DNA of 64,000 nucleotides, from NCBI GenBank assembly GCA_029209985.1, contig JARGNZ010000001.1, positions 65,982 through 129,981 of the forward strand, given 5' to 3'. Below the pieces are notes generated by a model that did no database searches, had not been told where the DNA came from, and was given only the letters and a program-made list of their open reading frames with translations. Origin of the DNA: Parvibaculaceae bacterium (lineage in GTDB: Bacteria; Pseudomonadota; Alphaproteobacteria; Parvibaculales; Parvibaculaceae). How positions within the stretch are numbered: the first letter of the stretch is position 1; every line of letters starts with the position of its first letter. Position numbers and translations under genes: made by a program. Below, one piece after another: positions 38,102-47,663 of the stretch.

Positions 38102-40509
38102 CTCAAGTGACCGCTGGCTTGTGCAAGCATGAGATAGACTTTGCCTGTGTCGGATGTGAGATATGTTTCCACAAGGATATTGTCTCGGTCCCGCTCTGAG
38201 GCGTGGAGCATCAACTTTTCAAATAAACGAATGAAGCGTTGCACGTCGTCCCGGAATTCTGGTTCGCGTGAAAAACGCTCGGCGATGGTGTCGTATAATT
38301 CGCGGCCTTGCAAATTATAGAGACGGCGGGCAAATACATTGCGTTCCCCTTGTTGGTACCGTTGCCATAGCTCTGCAGGAGGGCTTTGTTCGAGGGCGCG
38401 GTCCAGGTCAACGGCTAGGGATTGCAGCGTTTCGATGATGTGCAATGAGGTGCGGTTGAACTCTTGTTCGTCGAGTGGCTTTTCGGTTGAGGGGCCTTCG
38501 GACTGACGGGCCGCAGAGAGCAAATCAGAAAGCGACCACTTGCCACCTGCTTTTTTCGGTTTCGTGTTATCGGCAGGCGTGTGTGCTGACCGTGGCGCTG
38601 CCATTTGCGGTGCGGCTGGAACGTAGGTGCGCGCTGCATTATCTAATGAGGGAGTGGACGTAGAGGCGGGCGCATTCTTGTCGAATGTGCGCGAATGGCG
38701 GACCACAATTTCTGCAATGGAGGCCAGCGTCGTGATTTGTTCCTCAAGGACGGTTTGGAGAGCTTGTGCGCCTTCTGCTGCCTCATGGGGTAATGTTTGC
38801 ATACGTGTTTCGAGGTCTTCGCTTGCGGATTGCAATGTGCGTGTTGCGTCGCGGGCAGCCCCACCAATGCGGAACATCACACTGTTGAGCTTTTCGCCCA
38901 CGCCTTCGAGGTCAGAAGCGGTGCTCTGAACAGTGCCTCTGATGTCGTCTGTGCGGTGCGTGACTTCTGCTTGCATGGCGTCGGCAGCTTGCAGAACAGC
39001 TTGATTTATTTCGGCCGAACTTGTCGTTAGGTCTTTTGCCAATAGATCCATCTGGTCGCGTAACATTGACGCCATTGTGCTGGTTTGCTGGTTGATGGCT
39101 GAATTGAAGACTTCTGTCTCTGAGGTGAATGTTGCTTTTAAGGCGCCGGTTGCTTGACGGATGTTGCTTTCAATCGCTTCAGACTCTTTACGTACCGTAT
39201 CTGCAAGGTGAGTGATTTCTACTTGGGTTTTTCCCGTCAGCTCGCTCATGTCGCGGGCGGCTTTCTCGGATTGTTTGGAAATATCAACGGCGTTGTTTTT
39301 TAATTCGGTGGCCACTGATTTGACGCGGTCTGAGGCACTGCGCAGGGTGTCTTCAATGTTGATGCCCGCTCCCTTGGCCGCAAGGCCGATCCGCTCAGCT
39401 TCGCTTTGGAAGGTTTTTCCTAATTCCGTTGTGCGTTTGGCAGCGGTTTCCATGGCATGGCTCAACTCAGTGGAGAGTGTGCTCACGGATGCATTGATGT
39501 CTGCGGTACGGGCCGCCAGCTCTGCACTTGTTGTTTCAATGGTGGCGCGTTGGCGTTCAAAGGTGGTCTCGAGGTGTTGCCGCTCATTTTCAAGGGATTG
39601 GCTGGCAGCCACCAGATTTTCACGTTGGTTTTCGTACCGTTGAGACAGCGCATCTGCTTTGTTTAGGGCTGCACTGGCGACAACTTCCAAGCGTGAAGAT
39701 TGGCGGTCGAGCATAACGGTTGTATTGTCGGCACCGGCTGCTGCGGTTTCGGTGATACGGGAGAGGGCTTCTGTTTGTTTACGCAACCGTTCTAAGTTGG
39801 CGTTCATAACTTCTTCGGCTTTGCGGGTCACAGAACGCACTTCATCTGTTTGAGTGCGGACGGCGCGGCTGATGGTGTCGCTTTCTTGCCCAAGCTTTCC
39901 TGAAATTTCATCGATTGTTGCGCGGTTGCGTGTGAGGGCATCGCCAATTTCTCTTGCGCGCAATTCTGCGCGTAGAGCAGAGCGATCGACACTGTCTAAT
40001 CGTTTGCTAAACATGTCGTCGAGGGTTTGGGTTTGCTCAAAAACTTCTTGGAGGCCCGCATTCATTTTTTCAATTTGAATGCGAATGGTTGAGGACATCG
40101 AGGAAATACGTTCTTCAGCTAATTCTTCTGGTTCCGTTAGGCGCAGGGCCGCACGGGCCAATGCGTCTGACATCATATGGAGGTGCTGGGTGCGCCAGCT
40201 CATATAGGCAAGTGCCCAAATCAGAAATGTCGGGACAAGAGCGCCGATGATCACAGGCATCCAAGTGGTTGCCGGGCGTTCTAGGACTGTTTCGCCGTAG
40301 AGGCCCCAAAGATAAGCTGCTGCAGTGGCCAAAATGAAAACGGTTGCCACGGCTGCCATGTGAAAAATAGTGCGCGTTGGCTTTCGATTAATCAGTCGAT
40401 AAAGCTCGCCCGCCGCTGGATTGTCCTCGTTGGCAGGTTGTGCCCGGTCAGAGGACGGGGCAGGGAGCGTGTTTAAGACGGGCTGATCGCGCCGATCTAT
40501 TTGATTCAT
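38098..40509 (-). CDS. large coiled-coil membrane protein (two N-terminal TM segments, ~550-aa apolipoprotein-like helical repeats, conserved C-terminal domain)
   Basis: 803 aa. TM segments are IFHMAAVATVFILATAAAYLW and MPVIIGALVPTFLIWALAYM. A long Ala/Glu/Thr/Ser/Arg-rich heptad-like region follows. The C-terminal block is ELWQRYQQGERNVFARRLYNLQGRELYD... Confidence 0.75.
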   Translation of the reverse strand: MNQIDRRDQPVLNTLPAPSSDRAQPANEDNPAAGELYRLINRKPTRTIFHMAAVATVFILATAAAYLWGLYGETVLERPATTWMPVIIGALVPTFLIWALAYMSWRTQHLHMMSDALARAALRLTEPEELAEERISSMSSTIRIQIEKMNAGLQEVFEQTQTLDDMFSKRLDSVDRSALRAELRAREIGDALTRNRATIDEISGKLGQESDTISRAVRTQTDEVRSVTRKAEEVMNANLERLRKQTEALSRITETAAAGADNTTVMLDRQSSRLEVVASAALNKADALSQRYENQRENLVAASQSLENERQHLETTFERQRATIETTSAELAARTADINASVSTLSTELSHAMETAAKRTTELGKTFQSEAERIGLAAKGAGINIEDTLRSASDRVKSVATELKNNAVDISKQSEKAARDMSELTGKTQVEITHLADTVRKESEAIESNIRQATGALKATFTSETEVFNSAINQQTSTMASMLRDQMDLLAKDLTTSSAEINQAVLQAADAMQAEVTHRTDDIRGTVQSTASDLEGVGEKLNSVMFRIGGAARDATRTLQSASEDLETRMQTLPHEAAEGAQALQTVLEEQITTLASIAEIVVRHSRTFDKNAPASTSTPSLDNAARTYVPAAPQMAAPRSAHTPADNTKPKKAGGKWSLSDLLSAARQSEGPSTEKPLDEQEFNRTSLHIIETLQSLAVDLDRALEQSPPAELWQRYQQGERNVFARRLYNLQGRELYDTIAERFSREPEFRDDVQRFIRLFEKLMLHASERDRDNILVETYLTSDTGKVYLMLAQASGHLS

Positions 40510-40731
40510 CTGATTTATTTCCTTTTGGCCTCTCCTCTAGGGTGTCTGAAGTGCTCGATTAGGTCAACCATTCTGATGGGGCAAAACGAGGCTTTTTGCT
40601 GATCTTGTAAGGGCTTGCGCATCGCCGCGTGCGGGGCCACGATGGGAAACCACAATTGTTGCTGTGTGATGCCGAAAATGCCTGTGTTGGGCTTTGAGTG
40701 AGTAGCGCTGAAATGGATTGGGGAGAGCAAA

Positions 40732-41037
40732 ATGCAGGACCACGCCGAGGATCAACCCGGCTCCCCGGAAAAGGCGGGGGAGGGGTCCCGTAGGGGGGAT
40801 AAGCCAACATGGGCGCAAACCCGTTATTTATTGCGAGGTTTGAAGGAGCCGGGCGGCAAGCTTCCGTTGTTTGACAAAGAGGGCCAGCAAATTGACGTGC
40901 GCACCATCCGTTCATGTATTGAAAAAGGCTGGGTTGAGCCATGGTTCAAAAACCCTATCAAACCATATTGGTTGGTATGCCGACTAACGGCCACTGGCTA
41001 TCAGGTTTTGGGAGCGAAAAAGCCTAAAGCCTCGTGA
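40732..41037 (+). CDS. small basic hypothetical protein
   Basis: 101 aa. Good SD (GGGGAGAG) 4 nt before the ATG. The conserved-looking core is GWVEPWFKNPIKPYWLVCRLTATG. It is divergent from the coiled-coil gene. Confidence 0.55.
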   Translation: MQDHAEDQPGSPEKAGEGSRRGDKPTWAQTRYLLRGLKEPGGKLPLFDKEGQQIDVRTIRSCIEKGWVEPWFKNPIKPYWLVCRLTATGYQVLGAKKPKAS

Positions 41038-41449
41038 TCTACCTCCTCCAAAAAAGTGCGACAGGGACCGTGACCTAGTATGGGCTTTGAGCAAGTCTGT
41101 GCCTTGCTTTTAGACTGCTGTGGCACTGTTGAGGGGGCATGCAAAACCCCCGGCGTGGGGGGCGCCGAGGGCTGCTACGAGGGGTTCTTTACGAATTCGC
41201 GCGGCAGTCGCCGCCTCGAAACATCCTATATTTACGAAAAATTAACCATAAAGTCAAGCAAAATATCCGTGTACGAACAAGGTGGGTTAGGCTGCTTTTT
41301 GAGGGGGCTGGGTTTGCGGCATTGGGGCGCGATTAACCCATTATTTATCCTGTGGTTGCTTTTTGTGCAGTTCAGCTTTCGACTAATGTTTTGGAAGGGT
41401 TTGCTCGATAGTTTGGAGGTCTTGCCAGTCAGGCGCGTATGGAGGGGAT

Positions 41450-41875
41450 ATGAGTCAAGTTGTTGAAAGTGTTGAAAACCAAGAGGGTGCTATGATTGCG
41501 GGGAATGTATTGCGGAGTAGTCGATTGAAAAACCCATGTACTGATGCACCGCGTCCAATTGACCTGGTTCATCTTTCTAAGTTTACGTTGGGCAATAGGG
41601 AGTTGGAGGCAGAACTTTTAGGCCTCTTTAAGTCTCAATCTCACATTTATTTGGATCGCATGAAGCTTGCCGAAACGGAAGAAGAGTGGGTGCGTGCTGC
41701 CCATAGTCTGAAAGGGTCTGCACGGGCTGTAGGGGCATGGATTGTTGGCGATATTTCTGAACGCGCTGAACAGACAACCTGCGATACAAGCTCTGAACGC
41801 CATGCTTTGGTGGGCGATGTGCGCCGCGAAGTAGATTTGACCAATCGCTATATTGAAGACCTTTTTGCTGAATAG
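41450..41875 (+). CDS. single-domain Hpt (histidine phosphotransfer) protein
   Basis: AHSLKGSARAVGAW is the HxxKGS phospho-accepting motif, set in a 141-aa helical protein. Confidence 0.8.
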   Translation: MSQVVESVENQEGAMIAGNVLRSSRLKNPCTDAPRPIDLVHLSKFTLGNRELEAELLGLFKSQSHIYLDRMKLAETEEEWVRAAHSLKGSARAVGAWIVGDISERAEQTTCDTSSERHALVGDVRREVDLTNRYIEDLFAE

Positions 41876-41876
41876 A

Positions 41877-43016
41877 TCAGCGGCACCGTTGGGCAACGTA
41901 GTCGGCAATTGCGAGACTTGCTGTTAAGCCCGGTGACTCAATCCCAAATAAATTTATCAAGCCCGGTACACCATGTGTGCCGGGTTCTTGTATTTGGAAA
42001 TCCTGCGGTTTGTCCCATGGAGAAATTTTGGGACGGATGCCCGCGTAATCTGCTGATAGATTTTGAGTTGGTAGGTCCGGCCAATAAGCTTGAATGGCGG
42101 CAATAAAACTATCACGGCGGTTGGGATCGACGGTGTAGTCAATGGTCTGTGTCCATTCGACATCCGGTCCGAACCGTGCGCTCCCTCCCATGTCTAACGT
42201 GAGATGTGTGCCCAAGCCGGCTTTTTCGGGCACCGGGTAGATGAGGTGTTGGAAGGGTGGTTTGGAAGAAAGGGAAAAGTAGTTTCCTTTGGCGAACCGG
42301 GTTTGCGGGATGTGGTGGTGTGGGAACCCAACTAAGGATGTCGCAAGGTGAGGCGCCCAAAGACCAGCGGCATTGATGATATGACGTGCCTGCAAATTTA
42401 TTGGAGCGTCATTTTCGGAGGCGCTTGTGACTGTGAGGATGGCCCCAGTTTCATCTACGGTGCCGGAAGTGACCACGGTGTTGAAGGCGATGGTGCCGCT
42501 GTTTTCTTCTAGGTCGCCTTGAAGTGCTAGCATGTATTGATGACTGTCTATGATCCCGGTGGAGGGAGAACGTAGGGCGCCAAGGGAATTTAAGTGTGGC
42601 TCTAGTTGGCTTACGTCGGATTGGGAGAGATGTTGAAGGTCGCTCACTCCATTTTGCCGGGCGTGGTGCGCAATGGTTTTGAGTTCCCCTAGTTGTGCAG
42701 GGTTGGTGGCGACGATGAGCTTGCCAAGCTTGCGATGTGGCAGGTGGCGTTCGTCCAAATATTTGTAGAGGGCGTGACGGCCTGCGACGCATAATTTAGC
42801 CTTTAGGCTGCCTTGGGGATAGTACAGGCCCGCGTGAATAACTTCGCTGTTATGGGATGAGGTATGAGTGCCTATTGCGTGTTCTTTTTCTAGGACAAGT
42901 ACGTCGCGCCCTTGCATGCTGAGAGCGCGGGCAATGGCCAAACCAACGACACCTGCGCCGATGACAATGCAGTCGAGCGTTTCAACAGTTTTGGGTGAGG
43001 GAGAAGACACGGGCAC
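41877..43016 (-). CDS. FAD-dependent L-2-hydroxyglutarate oxidase/dehydrogenase-like oxidoreductase
   Basis: DCIVIGAGVVGLAIA...LEKE...HNSEVIHAGLYYPQGSLKAKLCVAG closely parallels the LhgO N-terminus (HNSGVIHAGVYY..GSLKA). 379 aa. Confidence 0.75.
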   Translation of the reverse strand: MPVSSPSPKTVETLDCIVIGAGVVGLAIARALSMQGRDVLVLEKEHAIGTHTSSHNSEVIHAGLYYPQGSLKAKLCVAGRHALYKYLDERHLPHRKLGKLIVATNPAQLGELKTIAHHARQNGVSDLQHLSQSDVSQLEPHLNSLGALRSPSTGIIDSHQYMLALQGDLEENSGTIAFNTVVTSGTVDETGAILTVTSASENDAPINLQARHIINAAGLWAPHLATSLVGFPHHHIPQTRFAKGNYFSLSSKPPFQHLIYPVPEKAGLGTHLTLDMGGSARFGPDVEWTQTIDYTVDPNRRDSFIAAIQAYWPDLPTQNLSADYAGIRPKISPWDKPQDFQIQEPGTHGVPGLINLFGIESPGLTASLAIADYVAQRCR

Positions 43017-43308
43017 TCCATGGTTTGGGTTGTCTGTTTATAAGGGGCTGGGGAAAAGGTGAAAAGCTTATCTTCGAGTTGGGGCCCGAGTGGGGTTTTG
43101 CCCCATCCGGTGCTGATTATGGCTTTCGGGTAGAAATGAAGGCGTTTTAGCGTTAATAAGCTCTTAAATGAAGGGGCTGTTAACCAATTTTCTCGTATCT
43201 TGAGGGCAGACAGGTGGCCCACTCATAGGGCTATGATCCTTTTGGAAAGGTGCCCTTGTGTCTCAAATAGACACTTCTTTGGCTGATGCGCCGAGGCTCG
43301 TGCCCGGC

Positions 43309-44484
43309 ATGCTTGCTCGACCGCGCAAAGTGGCGGTGGTGAGTGGATCGCGTGCGGACTATGGGTTGTTGCGCACTTTGATGGGTTTTCTGAAAAACGC
43401 CCCCTCCATTTCCCTGCAAATTTATGTAACAGGCACGCATTTGTCTCAGCGCCATGGGATGACGATTACGGAAATTTTGGCGGATGGGTTTGAGGTGGAC
43501 GAGGAAATACCTTTGCCACTGGATTCTGATGGGCCGGTTGGGTTGAGCCATGCGATGGGCGTGGCTGTGAGCGGGTTCGGGGAGGCATTTGCCCGTCAAG
43601 CCCCTGACGTGGTTGTGGTGTTAGGTGATCGGTATGAGATTTTGGCGGCGGCGCAGGCAGCTATGTTAGCGCAATTGCCGATTGCGCATATTCATGGCGG
43701 CGAGGCGAGTGAAGGGCAAATAGATGAAGCTATTCGTCATTCGTTGACTAAGATGGCGCATTATCATTTTGTTGCGGCAGAACCTTACCGTGCGCGTGTG
43801 ATTCAAATGGGTGAGCAGCCTGAACATGTATTTACGGTTGGGGCGCCGGGGCTTGATGACTTTGTCGCGCAGAGTGGATTGCCTTTTGCTGATATTGCAC
43901 GAGACTTTCATTTGCCAATGGTTCGACCTCTTCTCTTGGTAACTTACCACCCGGTGACGTTGACCCGTGACCCGACGCAGGGCGTGCGGGCGTTGCTTGG
44001 CGCACTGGACCAATTTCCTGACGCTGGATTTATTTTTACAGGCACCAATGCAGATACGCATGGGGGGGAGGTTGCTCAGTTGGTGGAGGCTTATGTGGAA
44101 CGCCATTCCACACGTGCGATGCTGGTGTCTTCATTTGGGCATGGGCGGTATGGCAGTGTGTTGGCGGAGGTCGATGCGATGATTGGTAACTCGTCAAGCG
44201 GCATTATTGAAGCGCCCCTTATGGGCACACCGACTGTGAACATTGGGCCGCGCCAGCAAGGTCGATTGCGTGCCCCCTCTATTATTGATTGTGCTGAAGA
44301 AACGGATGCGATTGCTGAGGCGATCTGTACTGCGTTAAGTCCGGCGCATGTTGCGTGTGCAAAAAAGCGTGTCTGTGTTTATGGGGTTGGCGGTGCTTCT
44401 GAAAAAATCGCTGACCTGTTGATGAGTTTACCGTTGGACGATGTGTTGATGAAACGGTTTTATGATTTGGAGGACGTGACATGA
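43309..44484 (+). CDS. neuC: hydrolysing UDP/GDP-N-acetylhexosamine 2-epimerase (NeuC/LegG-like)
   Basis: KVAVVSGSRADYGLL..., VVVLGDRYE, IAHIHGGE and GNSSSGIIEAP are NeuC-family motifs. The ATG at 43309 is preferred over the GTG at 43258. Confidence 0.85.
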   Translation: MLARPRKVAVVSGSRADYGLLRTLMGFLKNAPSISLQIYVTGTHLSQRHGMTITEILADGFEVDEEIPLPLDSDGPVGLSHAMGVAVSGFGEAFARQAPDVVVVLGDRYEILAAAQAAMLAQLPIAHIHGGEASEGQIDEAIRHSLTKMAHYHFVAAEPYRARVIQMGEQPEHVFTVGAPGLDDFVAQSGLPFADIARDFHLPMVRPLLLVTYHPVTLTRDPTQGVRALLGALDQFPDAGFIFTGTNADTHGGEVAQLVEAYVERHSTRAMLVSSFGHGRYGSVLAEVDAMIGNSSSGIIEAPLMGTPTVNIGPRQQGRLRAPSIIDCAEETDAIAEAICTALSPAHVACAKKRVCVYGVGGASEKIADLLMSLPLDDVLMKRFYDLEDVT

Positions 44485-45584
44485 GCCACCTAGCCCAGCG
44501 CGTACAAATCATTGCGGAAGCAGGGGTCAATCACAATGGGTCGCTTGAACGTGCTCTTGAGTTAGTCGATGTTGCTGCTGAGGCGGGAGCGGACACTGTT
44601 AAGTTTCAGACGTTCAATCCCTCTGCTCTGGCCTCTCAGAGCGCGCCAAAAGCAGATTATCAAAAAGAAATGACCGGCGGCGCGCAAAGTCAATTGGCGA
44701 TGTTGGAAGCGCTCGCGTTATCCGATGACATGCACGAAGAAATTATTGGGCACTGCGGTTTGAAGGGAATTGAGTTTCTCTCTACGCCTTTTGATGTTGG
44801 TAGTATGAATTTACTCATCAACCGATTTGGCTTGTCTCGGCTGAAATTAGGGTCGGGTGAGCTGACCAATGCGCCTCTGCTTGTGGCGGGGGCGCGTACG
44901 GGCCGAGATCTTATTCTGTCTACGGGTATGGGTAATTTGGCGGAAGTGGAAGCTGCGCTGGGCGCTGTTGCCTTTGGCTATTTGGGGCTGTCTGATCCCT
45001 CATCTGTAGCGTTTGGTCGGGCCTTTCGGTCTGAGGCCGGGCAGGACATGTTGCGTGCAAAAGTAACTGTTTTGCAATGCACGAGTGCTTATCCCACACC
45101 AGACGAAGAGGTGCACTTGCGCGCCATGGATGCCTTGAGGGACGCCTTTGGTTTAGCCATTGGGTTCTCGGATCATTCCCTTGGGGGGGAGTTAGCCTTG
45201 GCGGCGGTCGCACGGGGGGCTGTGATGATTGAAAAACATTTTACCACAGACCGTTCTTTGCCGGGACCTGACCATAAGGCTTCGCTTGAGCCAGATGACT
45301 TGGCGGCTATGGTGCGCGGCATTCGACGCATCGAAGTTGCGTTGGGAGATGGGCAAAAGATTCAACGAGGTGTTGAGCGCAATACCGCCGAGGTGGCGCG
45401 AAAAAGTTTAGTCGCTGCAGAACCGATTGCATGCGGTGACGTTTTTACTGAAAAGAATTTAGGGGTGAAAAGGCCGGGAACAGGGCTTTCACCTATGCAG
45501 TATTGGGCGGTGTTGGGACAGACTGCGCAACAGGATTTTGAACCGGACGATTTGATCGTTCATGACACAATGGGTGAGCTTTAA
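44481..45584 (+). CDS. neuB: N-acetylneuraminate/legionaminate synthase family (NeuB/LegI-like) with C-terminal SAF domain
   Basis: IIAEAGVNHNGSLERALELVDVAAEAGADTVKFQTF..., SDHS..., IEKHFT.D. It overlaps the neuC stop by 4 nt. Confidence 0.9.
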   Translation: MSHLAQRVQIIAEAGVNHNGSLERALELVDVAAEAGADTVKFQTFNPSALASQSAPKADYQKEMTGGAQSQLAMLEALALSDDMHEEIIGHCGLKGIEFLSTPFDVGSMNLLINRFGLSRLKLGSGELTNAPLLVAGARTGRDLILSTGMGNLAEVEAALGAVAFGYLGLSDPSSVAFGRAFRSEAGQDMLRAKVTVLQCTSAYPTPDEEVHLRAMDALRDAFGLAIGFSDHSLGGELALAAVARGAVMIEKHFTTDRSLPGPDHKASLEPDDLAAMVRGIRRIEVALGDGQKIQRGVERNTAEVARKSLVAAEPIACGDVFTEKNLGVKRPGTGLSPMQYWAVLGQTAQQDFEPDDLIVHDTMGEL

Positions 45585-45585
45585 A

Positions 45586-46650
45586 ATGGTCGAGTGGAAA
45601 AAGACAGTTCTATCGCTTGATGCGAAGATGAGCGATGCGGTGCGCTCTCTTGAAGAGAGCCGCTTACAAATTGCACTGGTTGTCGATCAGGTGAATATGC
45701 TGAAGGGCACCATTACCGATGGTGATATACGGCGGGGTATTTTGCGTGGAGAAACTTTAGACACGCCGGTTCTTGATATTATGAAAGCCAATCCAATTAC
45801 CGCTGGGCCAGAAGTGGACCGGGCAACGGTTTTGAAATGGATGAAGCAATTCAACATTGGCCAAGTGCCGCTGATTGATGCGGCCGGGGTGCTTATTGGG
45901 CTGGAAACATTGTCCACGTTGAAAGGAAATCGGTCTGAGGATAATTGGGTTGTGATTATGGCGGGGGGCATGGGAACACGCTTGCGGCCTTTAACGGAAC
46001 ATATGCCCAAGCCGATGATACCGGTGGGCGGCAAACCCGTATTGGAAGGTATTATTGAGCGGTTGGCAGGCCAGGGCTTTCATAAGATTTTTCTATCGGT
46101 CAATTATCAAGCTGAAAAAGTTGAAGAGTATTTCGGTGATGGGTCTAAGTGGGGGGTGAACATCTCCTACCTTGAAGAAGAGCAACGGCTTGGCACTGCC
46201 GGGGCTTTGTCGCTTTTGCCGGAGCGTCCTCATGCACCATTTTTGGTGATGAATGCAGACTTGATGACTGATATTGATTTTCGTCGGTTGCTTGATTTCC
46301 ATGTGGAGCAGGTTGCGGATGCCACAATGGGTGTTCGGGAATATCGCTTTCAGGTGCCTTACGGGGTGATTGAAATGTCTGGGCACAAGATTACGACCAT
46401 CAACGAGAAACCAACCCAGAGCTACTTTGTGAATGGGGGGATTTATGCGCTGTCACCGGATGTTCTTGGCTATATCCGTCAGGAGCAAATGCATGATATG
46501 CCTGACCTCTTTAACGAAATTATTGAAGACGGCGGGATGTCCGCAGCATTTCCCATTCATGAATATTGGATCGATATTGGCCAATTAGATGATTTGGAAA
46601 AAGCCCGCGATGAATTTCCTGCTGTGTTCGGGAAGAAACAGGCGTCATGA
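45586..46650 (+). CDS. CBS-domain sugar-phosphate nucleotidyltransferase (PtmE-like)
   Basis: N-terminal tandem CBS region (VVDQVNMLKGTITDGDIRR...) followed by the NTP-transferase motif IMAGGMGTRLRPLT..PKPM. This architecture is as in Campylobacter PtmE. Confidence 0.8.
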   Translation: MVEWKKTVLSLDAKMSDAVRSLEESRLQIALVVDQVNMLKGTITDGDIRRGILRGETLDTPVLDIMKANPITAGPEVDRATVLKWMKQFNIGQVPLIDAAGVLIGLETLSTLKGNRSEDNWVVIMAGGMGTRLRPLTEHMPKPMIPVGGKPVLEGIIERLAGQGFHKIFLSVNYQAEKVEEYFGDGSKWGVNISYLEEEQRLGTAGALSLLPERPHAPFLVMNADLMTDIDFRRLLDFHVEQVADATMGVREYRFQVPYGVIEMSGHKITTINEKPTQSYFVNGGIYALSPDVLGYIRQEQMHDMPDLFNEIIEDGGMSAAFPIHEYWIDIGQLDDLEKARDEFPAVFGKKQAS

Positions 46651-47345
46651 CACGACTTTGCACCATACTTGCGCGGGGCGGCTCTAAGGGAGTTCCGGGC
46701 AAAAATATACGACCTTTGGGCGGCAAGCCGCTTTTGCTGCACAGTATTGAGCAAGCAAAGGCCTCTGGTCTGTTTGATGTGATTGCGGTGTCGAGTGATG
46801 ACACGGCTATTTTGGCACTCGCTAAAGAGGGCGGGGCGGATGAGTGTGTGGAGCGTTTGGCTGAGCATGCAACGGATACGGCAGCGAAGTTGCCAGCTAT
46901 TCGTCACTGCGTTGAAGAGGTTGAACAGCGCCGCAGTTGCTCTTTTGATGTGGTGGTGGATCTTCAACCAACTTCCCCGCTACGAGAGGCACAGGATATT
47001 AGTGCGGCTGTTTTGCTTGTGGAAGTGCTGGGGGCGGAAAACGTCATTACCGGCTCTATCGCGAAAAGTTCCCCCTATTTTAGTCTGGTGGAAGAACGGA
47101 CCAATGGCACGGTTGGCTTGTCTAAGCCAACGGACCCTCCTATTGTGCGTCGCCAAGATGCCCCTAAATGTTTTGATATGAATGGGTCGATCTATGTTTG
47201 GCAACGAGCGGCCTTGATGGAAAAGGATGGCTTGTTTTTGGCGACGACGCGGCTTTATGAAATGCCCGAAGAACGCTCTATCGATATTGATACAGAGCTA
47301 GACTTTGAATTTGCTGAATTTTTGCTTGAGCGCACGACAGCTTAA
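46647..47345 (+). CDS. neuA: acylneuraminate (nonulosonate) cytidylyltransferase (NeuA/LegF-like)
   Basis: ILARGGSKGVPGKNIRPLGGKPLL..., LQPTSPLR and RRQD motifs of CMP-NulO synthetases. It overlaps the upstream stop by 4 nt. Confidence 0.88.
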   Translation: MTRLCTILARGGSKGVPGKNIRPLGGKPLLLHSIEQAKASGLFDVIAVSSDDTAILALAKEGGADECVERLAEHATDTAAKLPAIRHCVEEVEQRRSCSFDVVVDLQPTSPLREAQDISAAVLLVEVLGAENVITGSIAKSSPYFSLVEERTNGTVGLSKPTDPPIVRRQDAPKCFDMNGSIYVWQRAALMEKDGLFLATTRLYEMPEERSIDIDTELDFEFAEFLLERTTA

Positions 47346-47372
47346 AGCGTGATCGGCGCTTCAAGGTCTTGC

Positions 47373-47663
47373 TTATTGCGCGGCGGTGTCGTTCTGTTCG
47401 TGCGCGTCAAATTCAACGTATTCGTGTTCAATGCTTTTTTCGATCAGAAGGCGCCAGACGGGTTCTGCCATCGCAGGGGAGAGGCCGGCTTCTTTTGCTG
47501 CGGCGAGGACTTTTGCGACTACATCTTCGATGCGGGGCACGTCGCGGACTTTATCGCGCGAGGCTTTTATGCGCCCGGCTTGCTCAATATAGTTCTGTCT
47601 CTCTGCCAAGAGTGTCACCAATTCCCGGTCAAGTCGGTCGATTTCGCGCCGAACATCGGTCAT
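47373..47663 (-). CDS. AroQ-class chorismate mutase
   Basis: MTDVRREIDRLDRELVTLLAERQNYIEQAGRIKA...RDVPRIEDV is a typical CM type 2 helix-bundle signature of about 96 aa. Confidence 0.85.
   Translation of the reverse strand: MTDVRREIDRLDRELVTLLAERQNYIEQAGRIKASRDKVRDVPRIEDVVAKVLAAAKEAGLSPAMAEPVWRLLIEKSIEHEYVEFDAHEQNDTAAQ

Noticed and set aside
41080-41466. 128-aa ORF (and the 65-aa ORF at 41139..41336) filling the gap before the Hpt gene.
   Set aside because: There is no SD, the sequence is Gly/Cys/Leu-rich low-complexity, and it crosses an AT-rich block and hairpins. I treat the region as non-coding (see the finding on this gap).
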